The notes beneath the pieces were generated by a model. The model was not told the origin of the DNA and did not search any database. It was given only the letters and a program-made list of their open reading frames with translations. Source: Octopus vulgaris (Eukaryota). Taken from it: a DNA stretch of 64,000 nucleotides. Below, piece by piece: positions 49,361 to 62,382 of the stretch; positions within the stretch are counted from its first letter, which is position 1; every line of letters begins with the position of its first letter. The translations under genes were made by a program, and so were the position numbers. The stretch covers positions 6,324,001 to 6,388,000 of the forward strand of contig OX597833.1 in the NCBI GenBank assembly GCA_951406725.2, written 5' to 3'.

Positions 49361-50133
49361 CTGTGTAAAATCAGAAATAATATACGATTAGACAATTGTA
49401 CAGACTAGGAGTGCAAACAGAACATACATAACTATATATTTCTTTATTGCCCAGAAGGGGCTAAACATAGAGGGGACAAACAAGGACAGACAAAGGGATT
49501 AAGTCGATTACATCGACCCCAGTGCGAAACTGGTACTTAATTTATTGACACCGAAAGGATGAAAGGCTAAGTCAACCTCGGCGGAATTTGAACTCAGAAC
49601 GTAACGACAGACGAAATACCACTAAGCATTTCGCCCGGTGCGCTAACGTGTCTGCCAGCTCGCCGCCTTGAACATACATAACTATATATAAGCATCATCA
49701 TCATCATCACCATAGATTAACATCTATCTTTCAAGATGGCAAGAATTGGACAATCCAACAGGATCTGACAAGTTGAAGGACTGTGGTGGGATCCAATGGT
49801 TTTTTTTGGGTTTTTTTTTGCCATGTCTGAATGACCTTTCTAATGCCGGCCAGTTTACAGAGTGTACCAAGTGCTTTTGCTGCGTTAACAGTACTAATGA
49901 GGTCACCAAGGAACTCATAATGGCTAAAGTATGATGGAGGGGCAGAAACAAGTGTCTTGCAGAAGAGATCCATGGCTATCGCAGCTGGAAAAAGGAGAGA
50001 AGACAGTGGTGAAGGGTTCTTAAGAATGTCTTCTCAACTTACAGGATGATGAATGAATATAAGAGAAATGGTGAAGAGGATTAGGAGGACAGACAGGTTT
50101 TTATATTAAGTACAAGATGAAGAAGATACTAAC

Positions 50134-50237
50134 CTTGCATCTAAAACTCCGAGTATTTCGAAAATAATTAATTCAAACATTGTACAGCATAAAGAAAATG
50201 TGATGGAGAAAACCAGAAGGATGGCTGACCGATGAAC
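50134..50237 (-). CDS. GPR89: GPR89 exon 3 (VHRSAILLVFSITFSLCCTMFELIIFEILGVLDA)
   Basis: CCAG/GTTAGT, 104 nt, CTMFELIIFEILGVL motif. Confidence 0.95.
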
Positions 50238-50522
50238 CTGGCAAAAAGAGACAAAAAAAAAGAAAGACATAGCAGTGAGGGTTAGAAGGTTTTAGAAATA
50301 GCATTCACGTCTGACTTGAACCCACAAACTCATTAGGAAGGAGTTTAACTCAATTTCTGAGGCATTGAAGTGACTCAGAGTACAAAACTTGCCGCTTGAG
50401 TGGGACAGAAGTTCATCACATAGTGAACCCCCAGTTGCAACTGGTATTCATTTTCAGTTGAGTGGACAGCAACAAAGAGAAATGAAGCACCTTGCTCAAG
50501 GATATAAAGTGTCCTCCACCCA

Positions 50523-50891
50523 GATAATGCTCAGCCACACACAGCAAGGATGACATTCCAAAGGCTGGAGCAGTTTGAATGGGAAACAATGGCCAACCCA
50601 CCATTTTCGTTGGACATTTCCCCATCTGATTATCATTTATTCCATAGTCTTCAAAATCATTTGGATGGAAAAGATATGAATTCTGTAGATGAAGTCAGAA
50701 CAGTATGGGAAGAGTATTTTTCATCACGGACAAGTGAATTTTGGAAGAGGGGCCTTGCAAGTCTACCAGATAGATGGAAGAGCATCGCAGAAAATGAAGG
50801 ACAGTATATTTTAGATTGAAAAAGAACTTTATCTTAATTTTGAAAAATAAAAGAAATATAAAAACTGCATTATTTATGGGATGACCCAATA
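50523..50891 (+). mobile_element. Mariner transposase 3' remnant with right TIR
   Basis: DNAQPHTAR...PPFSLDISPSDYHLF...LPDRWKSIAENEGQY (HDNARPH and YSPDLAPSDY motifs); ends ATTATTTATGGGATGACCCAA-TA. Confidence 0.9.
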
Positions 50892-52706
50892 ATTCCTGAC
50901 AAAATAATACACTTCCACTGTGACCTTGACTTTTGCAGGGTCTCTAAGACACAGGATGTCTACTGTGACCTTGACCTGGCCTTTCATAGATTGTCTGAGC
51001 AAAATGAAATCCACTCTGTCCACAGCAATCAGAGATCTGTTGCTGTGGTCCTTGACCTTTATTTTGTAATGCTCCCTTTTTAAAGTAGCACCCATTTAAG
51101 TGGTGAGGTATCATGACTAAACTAACTTAACATGAATGTTATTTATAAATTTTACTCTAAAAAGAGATTAACTAATGTTTTAAAAAGTGAAATGATAAAA
51201 ATTTAATAAAGACAAATGTGAATTTACTTTATTCATTGCAAGTTAATGACTGACCTCTGCCTGGTGAGATCTCATTTTAATTACCTATTTCTTTACTACC
51301 CACAAGGGGCTAAACACAGAGAGGACAAACAAGGACAAACAAACGGATTGAGTCGATTATATCCACCCCAGTGCGTAACTGGTACTTATGTAATTGACCC
51401 CGAAAGGATGAAAGGCAAAGTCGACATCGGTGGAATTTGAACTCAGAACGTAGTGGCAGACGAAATACCACTAGGCATTTCACCCGGCGTGCTAATGATT
51501 CTGCCAGCTTGCCGCCTATCTCATTTTAATTACCATTAAGAATTTAATTATGTATAATTACTAATATAGGTTAAATTTAGTATGTTAATTATGTTACCAG
51601 CAACTGTCCCCTTGCCGGTCCCATTGATGTGCCCAGCACCCCACCTGGGGGCAGAATCAAGATCTACTGTGAGAGGTATGACCCATTGTGTTTTTGAGCT
51701 TTGTGCACCCAACCATGAAAAGGAATTCTAGTATGACCTTGAAAATACACTCACAGCCCCTCTCAGACAATTGAGATTCAGTGTGTCCAAGACTTTCGGA
51801 GCCATCCTTGATGGGTGAGAATCAATGACCTTGACTTTCATGGACAGGTGACCTTTAGTATCTCCAAAATGTAAGATCCTTTGAGACCTGGACATTTCAG
51901 ACAAAAAGAGATCCTTTGTGACCTTTGCAGCAGCTTTAGGACAAACGAAATCTTCTGTGACCTTGACCATTATAGGATCTCTTAGACCAATAAGATCAAC
52001 ACAGCTGATGTTCAGCTTGAACAGTTACGGGTCAATCACTGTTGGAATATTGTGGCCTTGTGCCAAAATTTGAAGCCAATATTAATTGCAGGGGTAGGCT
52101 GAGCTAGTCATGGCTATTGTTGTTTAGAAGGATAGCTAATAACCCGTGGAGTCGATGTAGGGGAAGGAGATGAGGGAGGTTAGCATGATTAATAAGGAAC
52201 ATGTATTTTTATACTTTATAATAGAAACATTTGGGAAAAGAGGCAGCTTCCCAAAGATGTCCCATTCTTGTAAACGGTGTTGGCATGCAATATTTTTACC
52301 AAATCAGCTAGATAGGTTGGATAGGCCTGGAAATTTTGATATATTTTATAATATTCTGTGCTGTAAAGTTAGAATCGTACCTCATTTTTTCAGTTATGTA
52401 GATCAAGATAGCTAAGGTATATCATACCAGTCCAACAGTCATCAAAACAGCAGTCAGGTTTGAACCCATACCCCATTCATGTGGTAGTTTAGAGCAGTTG
52501 GTGTATTATCTAAGATAAGATCAATAATTTTGGCCATTCCTTGTAATCTCTGTGGAACTGTCCGAGATCTAAAGCAGAGGACATAAGGTAAAACAGAGGT
52601 AGAATAATCAATAATCATAACTAAGTTTTGTATATTGATGACCTCGACTGGGTTTTGATGAGGAGGAAAGAGAGGGGAAACAAGTTAGGCTTCGCAGAAT
52701 ACTTAC

Positions 52707-52766
52707 TTCATAATCTTTAAATAACTGTTTTAAGAAGAATACCCAGCCTCCAGCAAAAAACAGCAC
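52707..52766 (-). CDS. GPR89: GPR89 exon 2 (VLFFAGGWVFFLKQLFKDYE)
   Basis: TTTCAG/GTAAGT, 60 nt, QLFKDYE motif. Confidence 0.95.
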
Positions 52767-53789
52767 CTGAAAATAGTAAATAAAAGTACACAAAATACAT
52801 CAGTATTATTGTATTTGTCATTGATTCTCATCATTCCATTGTTTTTAAGCAAACTTTTCCCCTGTTGGTATGGGTTGGGTGAAGACGTATAACTTCATAA
52901 CTTAAATAGGCCGAATTAAAAAACAAGCAAAATATAAGACCCTAAAAATTCAACCAATTATTTCATATGGATAGACAACACAATAAGGTGAAGAAGTATT
53001 AATGCGATGTTCTACAGCCAGCGACTTTGCACTGGGGTCGATCTAATCGATTTAATCCCTTTGTCTGTCCTTGTTTGTCCCCTCTATGTTTAGCCCCCTG
53101 TGGGCAATAAAGAAATAAGAAGCAAACTAGATAATTTATAGTAGCTTTTTATTTTCTTCTCCTACCCCAATCCTTCGTCTCACCACTCTCTCATTTACCC
53201 CCAGACCTTACTTTTCACTCTCTTTCCTACAACTGCCTCACTAACACCATCTCTTCACAGTAAACTAGTATAACTCCATTAAGAACTGTCTTGAAGCCTG
53301 ATGAATGGTCCAACCCATGCTGGTATGGCAGACACACTAACCCATCTACTCACACTATCACCATTTCCACACCGTGCCTCCTCACTAATCCCTCACATTA
53401 CACTTCCCCTTCTCCTCTACTCTCAAACCCAAAACTGTCCCTTCTGTTCTCCCCTCCATTACTATTTTCTCACACGTGAGCCACAAGGGGAACTAACAGT
53501 GCTGGTCCCACAAAAAACACCCAATCCACCATGTAAGGGATTGGTAATTGATTCAAACAGCAACAACGCAGGCCTTGAAAGGACTCTTTAGACTCATTGA
53601 CGACAAGGCAACTTAACCAGTGATGATGCTGTGAAAAATTGTACCCAGCGCATTCTTATAGGGTAGTTGAGGTTAGGGATGGCATCAAAAATGAGACGAT
53701 TGGAGCGAAAGGTGATCTTCAAATCCATTGAAACCTATTGACCCTTTCTACCCAAGCCAGCAGGGAAATGGACATAAAATGACAATAAT

Positions 53790-54365
53790 AATAAATTGCC
53801 CTGATGCAGTACCAGGCAGTGGCTCCCATGGCTTCTCATCTTAACTGATTGGAAGTTTTATCATGTACATTGTTTTGTCTTGGTATAAAAAGATGGGCTA
53901 CAGCAAATATTCTGCTTGTCAGATTTGCTTGTCAGTTGTTTGACCTTAACCAGTTGAGCATGTCCCTTAGTGGCTCATGATATATGCATCTCTGATCACA
54001 AGCAGAAGTTGGGGAGCATCATAGCCATGTGTTGAGAGGGATTGTTTGGGGTTTGAATAATTCACCATTGGAAACATGGGGTGGTTTGTTCAACATCCTT
54101 AAACAATCCTTATTCAGGGACCTTTTGAGCAGGATGGGTTACTCGACCAGAAGAAAATTCTAACTGGGCCCCACCTGCAAGGTCATGTGCTGTTTATCTT
54201 AATATGAGATCACCATGTCGCACACACGTGGTTGTGATGCATGTGCCTGGTGGACCCTTATCAGACGGGTAGTCATGATGGGTATACTGGGCTTTGTATA
54301 TTTTACCCCAGTGTCACTTTGAAGACATGCGCTGCTCTCTCACTCAATAATAATAATAATAGTAA
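53790..54365 (+). mobile_element. Probable interspersed repeat ending in an (AAT)n tail, unclassified
   Basis: GC-elevated block of about 570 bp bounded by AAT runs; only one copy in the window. Confidence 0.4.
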
Positions 54366-55294
54366 TTATTATTACTATTATCAATGAATCTGTACTGGTG
54401 CCAGTATCTATGACCTTCGTGGGTCATCTTATATAGGTGAGGTCAAAATGGTTACTATAGAAAAAGCATTTTATGTGATTAAGAGGGGTGAGACATATTA
54501 GGATTGTTGAGAGAGGAGACTGATGCAGCACTTAATGAATAGAGATGGTTTGAACATGTAGAAGCCGTAGTAGTAGTAGTAGTAGTAGCAGAGAAAAAGA
54601 GAGGAAATGGTACGTTGATGGGCAAATGGCTGTTGTGTATTTATTGACTATTTGCCAATCAGCTTGATAGAATTTTCTTTAAATGTAGTCATAAAGGTTT
54701 GTGTGTTTAGCAGCAGCAGCAGCGGAACCAACCAGGATATTTGATCAATACACTGATATGAGTCACACATGAGCTTTGTAGATGAGTTACCAATTAATGA
54801 GAATTGAAGAATTTTCTGGTTCCTGAGAGAAATTGCAATATTTAGAATGTAATTTTGGCAACAGTTCTCTCGTTCTCTGATGAAAGTGGATGCGGCTAAA
54901 ATGGGTGATTCTTCGTTTCTCAATGGAAATGAACTTGCCAAACACTCTTCCATGGCACTGTTTGTTTTGGTCTGAGTATTTATCGAAGTTTGGCAACTTT
55001 CAGAAGCAACCCATGAAAATACCCAGCCCCTGATTAAAGAATGGGCCCACTGGGACATTCCTAATTATTAATAATTTAAAAACCAAACAATAAATTAATT
55101 ATACATTCACCCAACATAACTTTCAACAAATTGAATTGGTTGAAGAATAAGGAACTTGTCTTTCGCTTTTCTTTTGGCAGTTTGACAACTTTTCTATTAT
55201 GGTTTTGCTTAATCCAGTAATTCGGTTAAAAATGAAAATAAAGTTACTGTCAAAATTCTAATGGAAAGTTATGCATAGTTTTAATTTAGAACTT

Positions 55295-55430
55295 TAAAAG
55301 CAAGGGTGACCCTTACTTTTAGAGTCCTAAAAGCAAGGATTACCTTACTTTTAGAGTCCTAAAAGCAAGGATGACCCCTTACTGTTAGAGTCCTAAAAGC
55401 AAGGACGATCCTTACTTTTAGAGCCCTAAA
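55295..55430. repeat. About 32-bp tandem repeat, 4 copies
   Basis: CTTACTTTTAGAGTCCTAAAAGCAAGGA unit repeated. Confidence 0.85.
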
Positions 55431-56106
55431 TTCAATCTGATATTTTGACTGTGCATTTACGCGTTAAATTAAGAATAACATAGGAAAAATAAATTCGTCT
55501 ATACCTAGTTTGAGCGTAAACATTATTTTTCTCTTTAATACACACATATGCACACGACACACGTATATACGTGTACACATACCCCTATATATATTACAAA
55601 GACAGTCAAATGAGCAATTTGAATTTAGGACACCGGACGATACCCAATGGTCAAGGCGAGCTGGCAGAAACGTTAGCACGCCGGGCGAAATGCGTAGCCG
55701 TATTTCGTGTCATTACGTTCTGATTTCAAATTCCGCCGAGGTCGACTTTGCCTCTCATCCTTTCGGGGTCGATTGAATAAGTACCAGTTACGCACTGGGG
55801 TCAATATAATCGACTTAATCCGTTTGTCTGTCCTTGTTTGTCCCCTCTGTGTTTAGCCCCTTGTGGGTAGTAAAGAAATAGGTATTTATTAATTTCCTTG
55901 ACCGCGGACGGAGTTGAGGAATGAAAGGGTTCTGGTGGAGTTTGAACCCAGAAGGAGGTATTTGGTTTTGTGACGCTCTACCGCCCGTGCCATTTGTAAC
56001 TATATCTCTCGTACCTGTCCACCCGTGTGTGAAAAGCCCGAGGAGGAGAGAGAAGCGGAAGAACACGAAGAAGAAGTCGAGGTGGAATGAAAAGACTGAG
56101 ACCTAC

Positions 56107-56151
56107 TTGAGAGAAAAGCATGACCAGGGAGTCAACGAGGAAGGAAGACAT
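56107..56151 (-). CDS. GPR89: GPR89/GPHR exon 1 (MSSFLVDSLVMLFSQ)
   Basis: CAGACCATG start context, GTAGGT donor, resembles the human N-terminus MSFLIDSSIMITSQ. Confidence 0.92.
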
Positions 56152-56881
56152 GGTCTGGCCGTGAAGAAAATAGGGGATTCTTCACAAATACGGTTGGCAG
56201 CGACGACGGTTTTGTTCCTGCGATCTATTTTATGTCGTCTTCTGGGACATAAATGGTGTTCCGGGGGTGGCGATTGCTCGAAGCTGGGACACGTAGGAGA
56301 CGGGCAAAATTAAAGAGAAGACGTTGGCCATCACGTTGCTAACAACCGGTGTCACACCGAATATGTAACACCACTAACCATTGGCCAGCGCCCTTCACCA
56401 ACTTTCTCTACTTGTTTGATTCCGTCACAGATTTATTCCCACCACAGATCGAATTTAACAATTTCTATGTCCGTCTTTGCCTCACCGATGGGTAATTAAT
56501 AAAATAGAAATAAATTCGGTAAAAGTCCATACGTCTGTTTATTTACAAGATTGCAAAGGGGATTCCAATAAGGGATTCCCGGTCTGAACCAATGATATTT
56601 CTGCTTACATCGCAACGTAGTGGGAATCCCTGGCTGTTCCATTAAATAGCTTTACACCAACGTACAAGTGTCATTCTCGCGTCCTTTTCAAAGCAATAGC
56701 CGATACAGAAGCCGTCTCTTGTCGGAGAAAGAAATTCCCAATTCTACAAAGGACATTGAAAGTCGCTAAAAACACACCAAAAGCGAGATATAATGCGAGT
56801 TTACCGAGTTGAAGAGTGTTAAGTGTATTAGTCAGAGCACATGTTCGACGAGGAGGACGCCATATTCTGTCGGCTGTAAAA
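56152..56881. promoter_or_regulatory. CpG-rich, repeat-free putative bidirectional promoter and 5' UTRs
   Basis: Visibly higher CpG density than the flanks, no SINEs, CCAAT motifs on both strands; lies between the GPR89 ATG (-) and a divergent ATG plus donor (+). Confidence 0.6.
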
Positions 56882-56923
56882 ATGACAGTGGAACAGTCTT
56901 CTCTACAGCAACAAATTACCCAG
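56882..56923 (+). CDS. Putative first coding exon of an unidentified divergent gene (MTVEQSSLQQQITQ)
   Basis: AAAAATGA start context, 14 codons ending CAG|GTACTG, at the edge of the CpG-rich region; no second exon recognised in the window. Confidence 0.4.
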
Positions 56924-57169
56924 GTACTGTCTTCTTCGATAACCCACCCTATTAACACACCGACTTCACGGTCTACTCAGCCATTACCTATCTACGTTTT
57001 TCAATGAATTCTTTGGTCTATTTCTAAGGCGTAATAGAACCACAACACTAATACCCCCTGCACCAGTGAAACCTTCATGTCTCTCTGCCTCCCCTCCCTC
57101 TCTCTAAAGCCGTGTCCATCACTATTGCTACCACCTCACTATTTACCTACTCACACTTCCCCTCAAGCT

Positions 57170-57539
57170 CTATTTAAACTCTATATTTATATATATAATA
57201 ATATCCATATATATCACATATACTCTATATATACATTTAATATACACGCATATAACGTATATATATGTTTATGTATACAGATGTACGCATAAACACGTAT
57301 GTATGTATATATTTATGTGTATATATGTATATAAACTGTATGTATACATAAATACGCAAATATATTTATATACACACGATATATACAAGTCGTATATGCA
57401 AATTCACTTTCTATATATATGTATGTTTGTATGTATCTTCTATATATGTATATATGTTTATAGATGTCTATATATGCATCAGTATGTGTATATAAACTAT
57501 ACCTTCAAAAACTACGTGTTTGTGTGTGTATATATATAC

Positions 57540-57570
<31 letters not shown>

Positions 57571-58225
57571 AATATATGTAGACATTATACGTATAAATAG
57601 TATACGCAAATTCACTTTCTATATATATGTATGTTTGTATATATCTTCTATATATGTATATATGTTTATAGATGTGTATATAAACTATACCTTCAAAAAC
57701 TACGTGTTTGTGTGTGTATATATCTACATATATCTACACACATACACACAAATATATGCAGACATTATACATATAAATAGTATACGCAGATTCACAGTGT
57801 ATACTATAAATATTATATATATATATGTATATATGAGTGTATATGTATATTTCATGGTGTATATGTATATTTCATGATGTATATGTATATATCATGGTGT
57901 ATATGTATATTTCATGTTGTATATGTATATTTCATGGTGTATTTGTATATTTCATGGTATTTGAGGAGAGGGTCTGAGGGAAATGGTGGTGGATTTTGTT
58001 GTTATTGAAGTTTTTGCTATTTGATGTCTGTGTTTCTTTGGTGTTTATTAGATTCTATGTGAGTTGATGATGTCTTCGAGTCTTTGAGACATCTTCTTTT
58101 GGCCGATCACTTTTTCTTACACCTCTGGCTCTGTGTGTGTATGTGTATATATATTTATATGAGTAATGTAGGTTTGTGTGTGTATGTGTTTATATATATA
58201 TATATAAAAGTACTGTGTGTGTGTA

Positions 58226-58256
<31 letters not shown>

Positions 58257-58305
58257 GACATTGGTTTGAGTGTATATGTGTATAAATATTTAGACATTGG
58301 TTTGA

Positions 58306-58343
<38 letters not shown>

Positions 58344-58399
58344 GGACATTGGTTTGATTGTATATGTGTGTGTGTGTATATATTTGGACATTGGTTTGA

Positions 58400-58442
<43 letters not shown>

Positions 58443-58680
58443 GACATTGGTTTGAGTGTATATGTATGTGTGTATATATATATATTTGGACATTGGTTTG
58501 AGTGTATATGTATATGTGTGTATATATATATATTTGGTCATTGGTTTGAGTGTATATGTGTGTGTATATATATATTTGGACATTGGTTTGAGTGTATATG
58601 TGTGTATATATATTTGGACATTGGTTTGAGTGTATATGCGTGTATAAATATTTAGACATTGGTGTGAGTGAGTGTGTATA
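57170..58680. repeat. (TA)/(TG)-rich block with an about 200-bp duplication, a 20-bp tandem (57830-57960) and an about 40-bp GGACATTGGTTTGAGTG tandem (58255-58670)
   Basis: Direct reading. Confidence 0.85.
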
Positions 58681-58887
58681 TATCTAGACTTAGGTGTGTA
58701 TATGTGCTTGTGTGTATTGAAATCGTTCTTAAAAAAGTAAATATTGAGCATACGTATATATTATGTAATGAATATATACCTTGTTGGTTGGAGTGTGTGT
58801 ATATATACATATATATATATGTGTTAATCCTTGGATAAGCGTGTGTAAACGCAGCTGATTTTAATTTTGTTCATTTTTTTATTTTCA

Positions 58888-58926
<39 letters not shown>

Positions 58927-61249
58927 TACGTGTGCGTATAATGTGCATGGACAGGTGAATGTAAGTATAGTGTCTATACTTTAAAGTGAAAACGGAAGCT
59001 TCTTGAATCGTTTCTCGAGTTCCATGGTTCCACATGTTCAAACGATTTGATAATTCGAAACGTAAAACTCGTAGTCACGATTCAAGAAGCTTTAGAATTT
59101 ATCTAAACGTTGTGTGTGTGTTTGTGTGTTTGTGCAAAACCTTGTATAACCTAGTATAAAATAAGTTGTGCCTTAGTTCATGTTGTTGTTAAATTTATTT
59201 CCTGTATCTGATTCATCTGGTGTATTCATTCGAAAAGACATGTTATCTCGCCACTGATATCCACTTTTTACATCGTAATTCACACTTTATCCTTTATCTG
59301 TGTGTGTGATAGCATCTGGGGCCTTGTGTTTGTGTGTGTGTGTATATATGCATGTGTACGCATCAGCGTGGGTGTGTCTGTGTTGACAGATGTATGCCTG
59401 CTTGTATAGGAATGTATGTATATGCCTGCCTGGTTCGTTTTTTTGTGTGTTTGTGTGTGTGTATGGCGTGCCTGTGCATGAGGGTAAATGCACTTCTGTG
59501 TGTGAGGGGCAGGTGGTGGGTGGATTCATTCATGTGTACTTGTGGGTCAGTGGGTGTGTCTGCTTGTGTGTGTGTGGAGGGTTGTCTGTTGTATGGGGGT
59601 AGATGTATGTAGGTATCAGCTAATGTGTGTTTTGGTGTGTTTGTACCCTGAGTATGCTTGTGTTATATACAGCATAATACACAACTTTCAAATATTGGTC
59701 TGTATCTGTCCATATTACACATTAAGAAGTTCACTACATTTTTTGATGACTGGCATCCCTACTAGCGGGGTGCAAAGAGCAACATACAAGTGTGATCGTT
59801 GACAGAGCAGCTGACTGGCTTCTGTGCCAGTGGCACATAAAAGGGCACCATTCGAGTGTGATCGTTACCAGCGTTACCTTACTGGCACTTGTGCCCCTGC
59901 TAGTAGGGTACCAAGAGCACCATCCGAGCGTGATCGTTGCCAGAGCAACCAACTGGCTTCCGTGTCAGTGGCACGTAAAAGGGCACCATTCGAGCGTGAT
60001 CGTTACCAACGTCGCCTTACTGGCACCTGTGCCGGTGGCATGTGTAAAAAGATTCGAGCGAGGTCATTGCCGGTGGCACGTAAAAAGCACCCACTATAGT
60101 CTCGGAGTGGTTGTCGTTAGGAAGGGCATCCAGCCATAGAAACTCTGCCAGATCAAGATTGGAGCCTGGTGCAGCCATCTGGTTCGCCAGCCCTCAGTCA
60201 AAATTGTCCAACCCATTCTAGCATGGAAACGATGATGATGATTATACACACAAATTGTGTGTGTACTCTACATAGCTTCAGTGTCTTTTTATCCTGTTTT
60301 TTATTGATCATCAAAATATTTTTGAGATTTTCTAATGGTACAATGAAACTACCATTCCTATATCAACATTGTCATCTGTCTCTACCACTTCCATTCTCTA
60401 CCTCTCTGTAAGTAATCACTTGTGCTTCTGAATATGTGCAGGATAAAATCTGACGTTAACTTAGTGTAGACCAGTTTTGCTTCATGATCGGTTGAGCTTC
60501 CATCTACCTAACTCTATAGAAATAAGTACTAAGTACTAAGCATTGTTCTTTAAGGTTGCTGAGAGCTTCGGTCCTTGAATTTGTTGTTCAAGAGAATTTG
60601 GTAATAAATCTCACCTACATTTAGATAAACAACACAACTTCAAAATGATGGAGCATCTCGGAATATGCTAGATTTCATGCCACTAATAATTTTTACCTGG
60701 TGTGCTGACAATTGTCAGCTTGCTGCCTTCAGAGCCAGAAAATATCAACTTTACAAAAATCAAGTAAGGCCCATAATGGAATACTGCTCCTACAGTTAGA
60801 TGTTGCTCCAATCTATTTAACTGTAAATGAGTAACCCAATGACCGGCTGGCATCCGTTCAGAAAGAATGTTGGAATCTCGGTCGCCTATATAGTATGTTA
60901 GTATGTAAACCAGGTAACTGGCTCTAGGAGTCCTAAAGTGGAGACAATATTTACTCCACTTCTTTCATTCACCTCTGGAATTACTTCTTTGCAAATGGTT
61001 TTGTTTTAGCTAATACCACTTGTAACTGTTCAAGAACAACATTAACAGCATCCATCTTTCAGGTATTAGAGAGCCTGCCAAGACAATGGGCACAGTTCCT
61101 TTATCTTGACCAACCCAATAAATAAAAATGGTCAAGTCATTCAGTTGTTGAAGGCTTAGTGCTCCCGGCTGTACAAGGGGTACCATTGTATCACATAATT
61201 CATGACTAAGTAGTTGACAAGTAGTTGTTTAATTTGCACTGCTGTTTAA

Positions 61250-61660
61250 TTTGCACCCACAGATCCCACCTATATATACACACACGAGCAAAAGGACCCC
61301 ACCCCCGTCCAATGGATGGTGCTGAGTTGTCAAACATTTAAACCAAATTTTCTCAAAACAACTTTTCCGACCATCCCATAGGCCTCCCCTTTGAGAAACA
61401 CAGAATTAACTTAAATTTGAGACACCAGCAAAAGAAGAAATAAAGATAGACTTTTTTTTCTATTCCAAAGAAAAACGATTTCCCACGGCTTTATTGATTG
61501 CATTCTCACCTGGAATTGATTTTTGTAATTTTTTCAAAACTTATACACACCCTGATACCGTCAGAATCTACATATCAAATTTGAGCACAATCGGATGGAG
61601 GATGCCCGAGATCCTAGAAGCCACACACACACACACACAAAACAGATTTTATATAAGAGA
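61250..61660 (-). mobile_element. Possible Helitron-like 5' portion
   Basis: Minus strand begins A|TCTCTTATATAAAATCTGTTTTG(TG)n; 3' CTAG end not clearly found. Confidence 0.35.
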
Positions 61661-62382
61661 TAACTACGATTACAATAGCTTTGCTCTCTGACATTGTTAC
61701 ATTTCTGAGCTGGAAAGAAAACATGTCTGGAAATGGTACTTAAAAGTCCTTTATTTTGATTTGTATAAAACTGGTGTGTGTCTGTTTTAAGGGTTAAGTT
61801 GAAAGGTGACAAAGGATGGAAATGACTCCCTCTGTTGATAAAAAGTTTCTTAGTACAAACTGTGAACTGCTTGAGATGTTTGTAAGAAATGTCACAGTGC
61901 ATGACAAATATCCACAATAAATTTAGGGAACCTATGACAATTAGGAATTAACGAGTGATCTATTGGACGTATGTTGTGAGAGAAGAGGAGTGAAAAGTTG
62001 TTGGATTTGTGTACATTGCAGATACAACCACACAGATATGGACATGTGGATGGATAATACAGAGGAGGGAAAGTTTTTTTGTGTTTGGGGGAGATGAAAG
62101 GGGACTTAAGCATAAATAGGTTAGAACATTGTGAAAGAAGACGTGCACCCAACACCAGAGCTGAAGACACTTCCGAAAGGTGGGGCCCCGCCATGTCAAA
62201 ACGGTAGAGGAGTAGGGGCCGAAACTGGACGTGGTTCTTCCTGATGATGTCTTGAGCTAACTGGATCCTATAAAGGAGCTGTTGTGGTAGCAGACCACGA
62301 AACACGGTTGTAATTCCTCAGAGAGATGCTATGGTCTACACTTATCCAATTGCTGATGCCAATCAAATTTGTTCATTAACAG

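Noticed and set aside
54648-55058. 136-aa minus-strand ORF in GPR89 intron 1
   Set aside because: No recognisable motif, and GPR89 exons 1 and 2 already join in frame.
55921-56313. 130-aa plus-strand ORF antisense to GPR89 exon 1
   Set aside because: Explained by the purine-rich complement of the exon 1 and intron 1 pyrimidine tracts.
60555-61125. Candidate second exons for the divergent gene (AG at about 60554 and 61062)
   Set aside because: Both hit stop codons in the phase required by the 56923 donor.
61680-62320. Possible decayed LINE endonuclease or nested gene (ORFs 61561-61917 and 61892-62305)
   Set aside because: Only faint motif resemblance across broken frames; needs a translated search.
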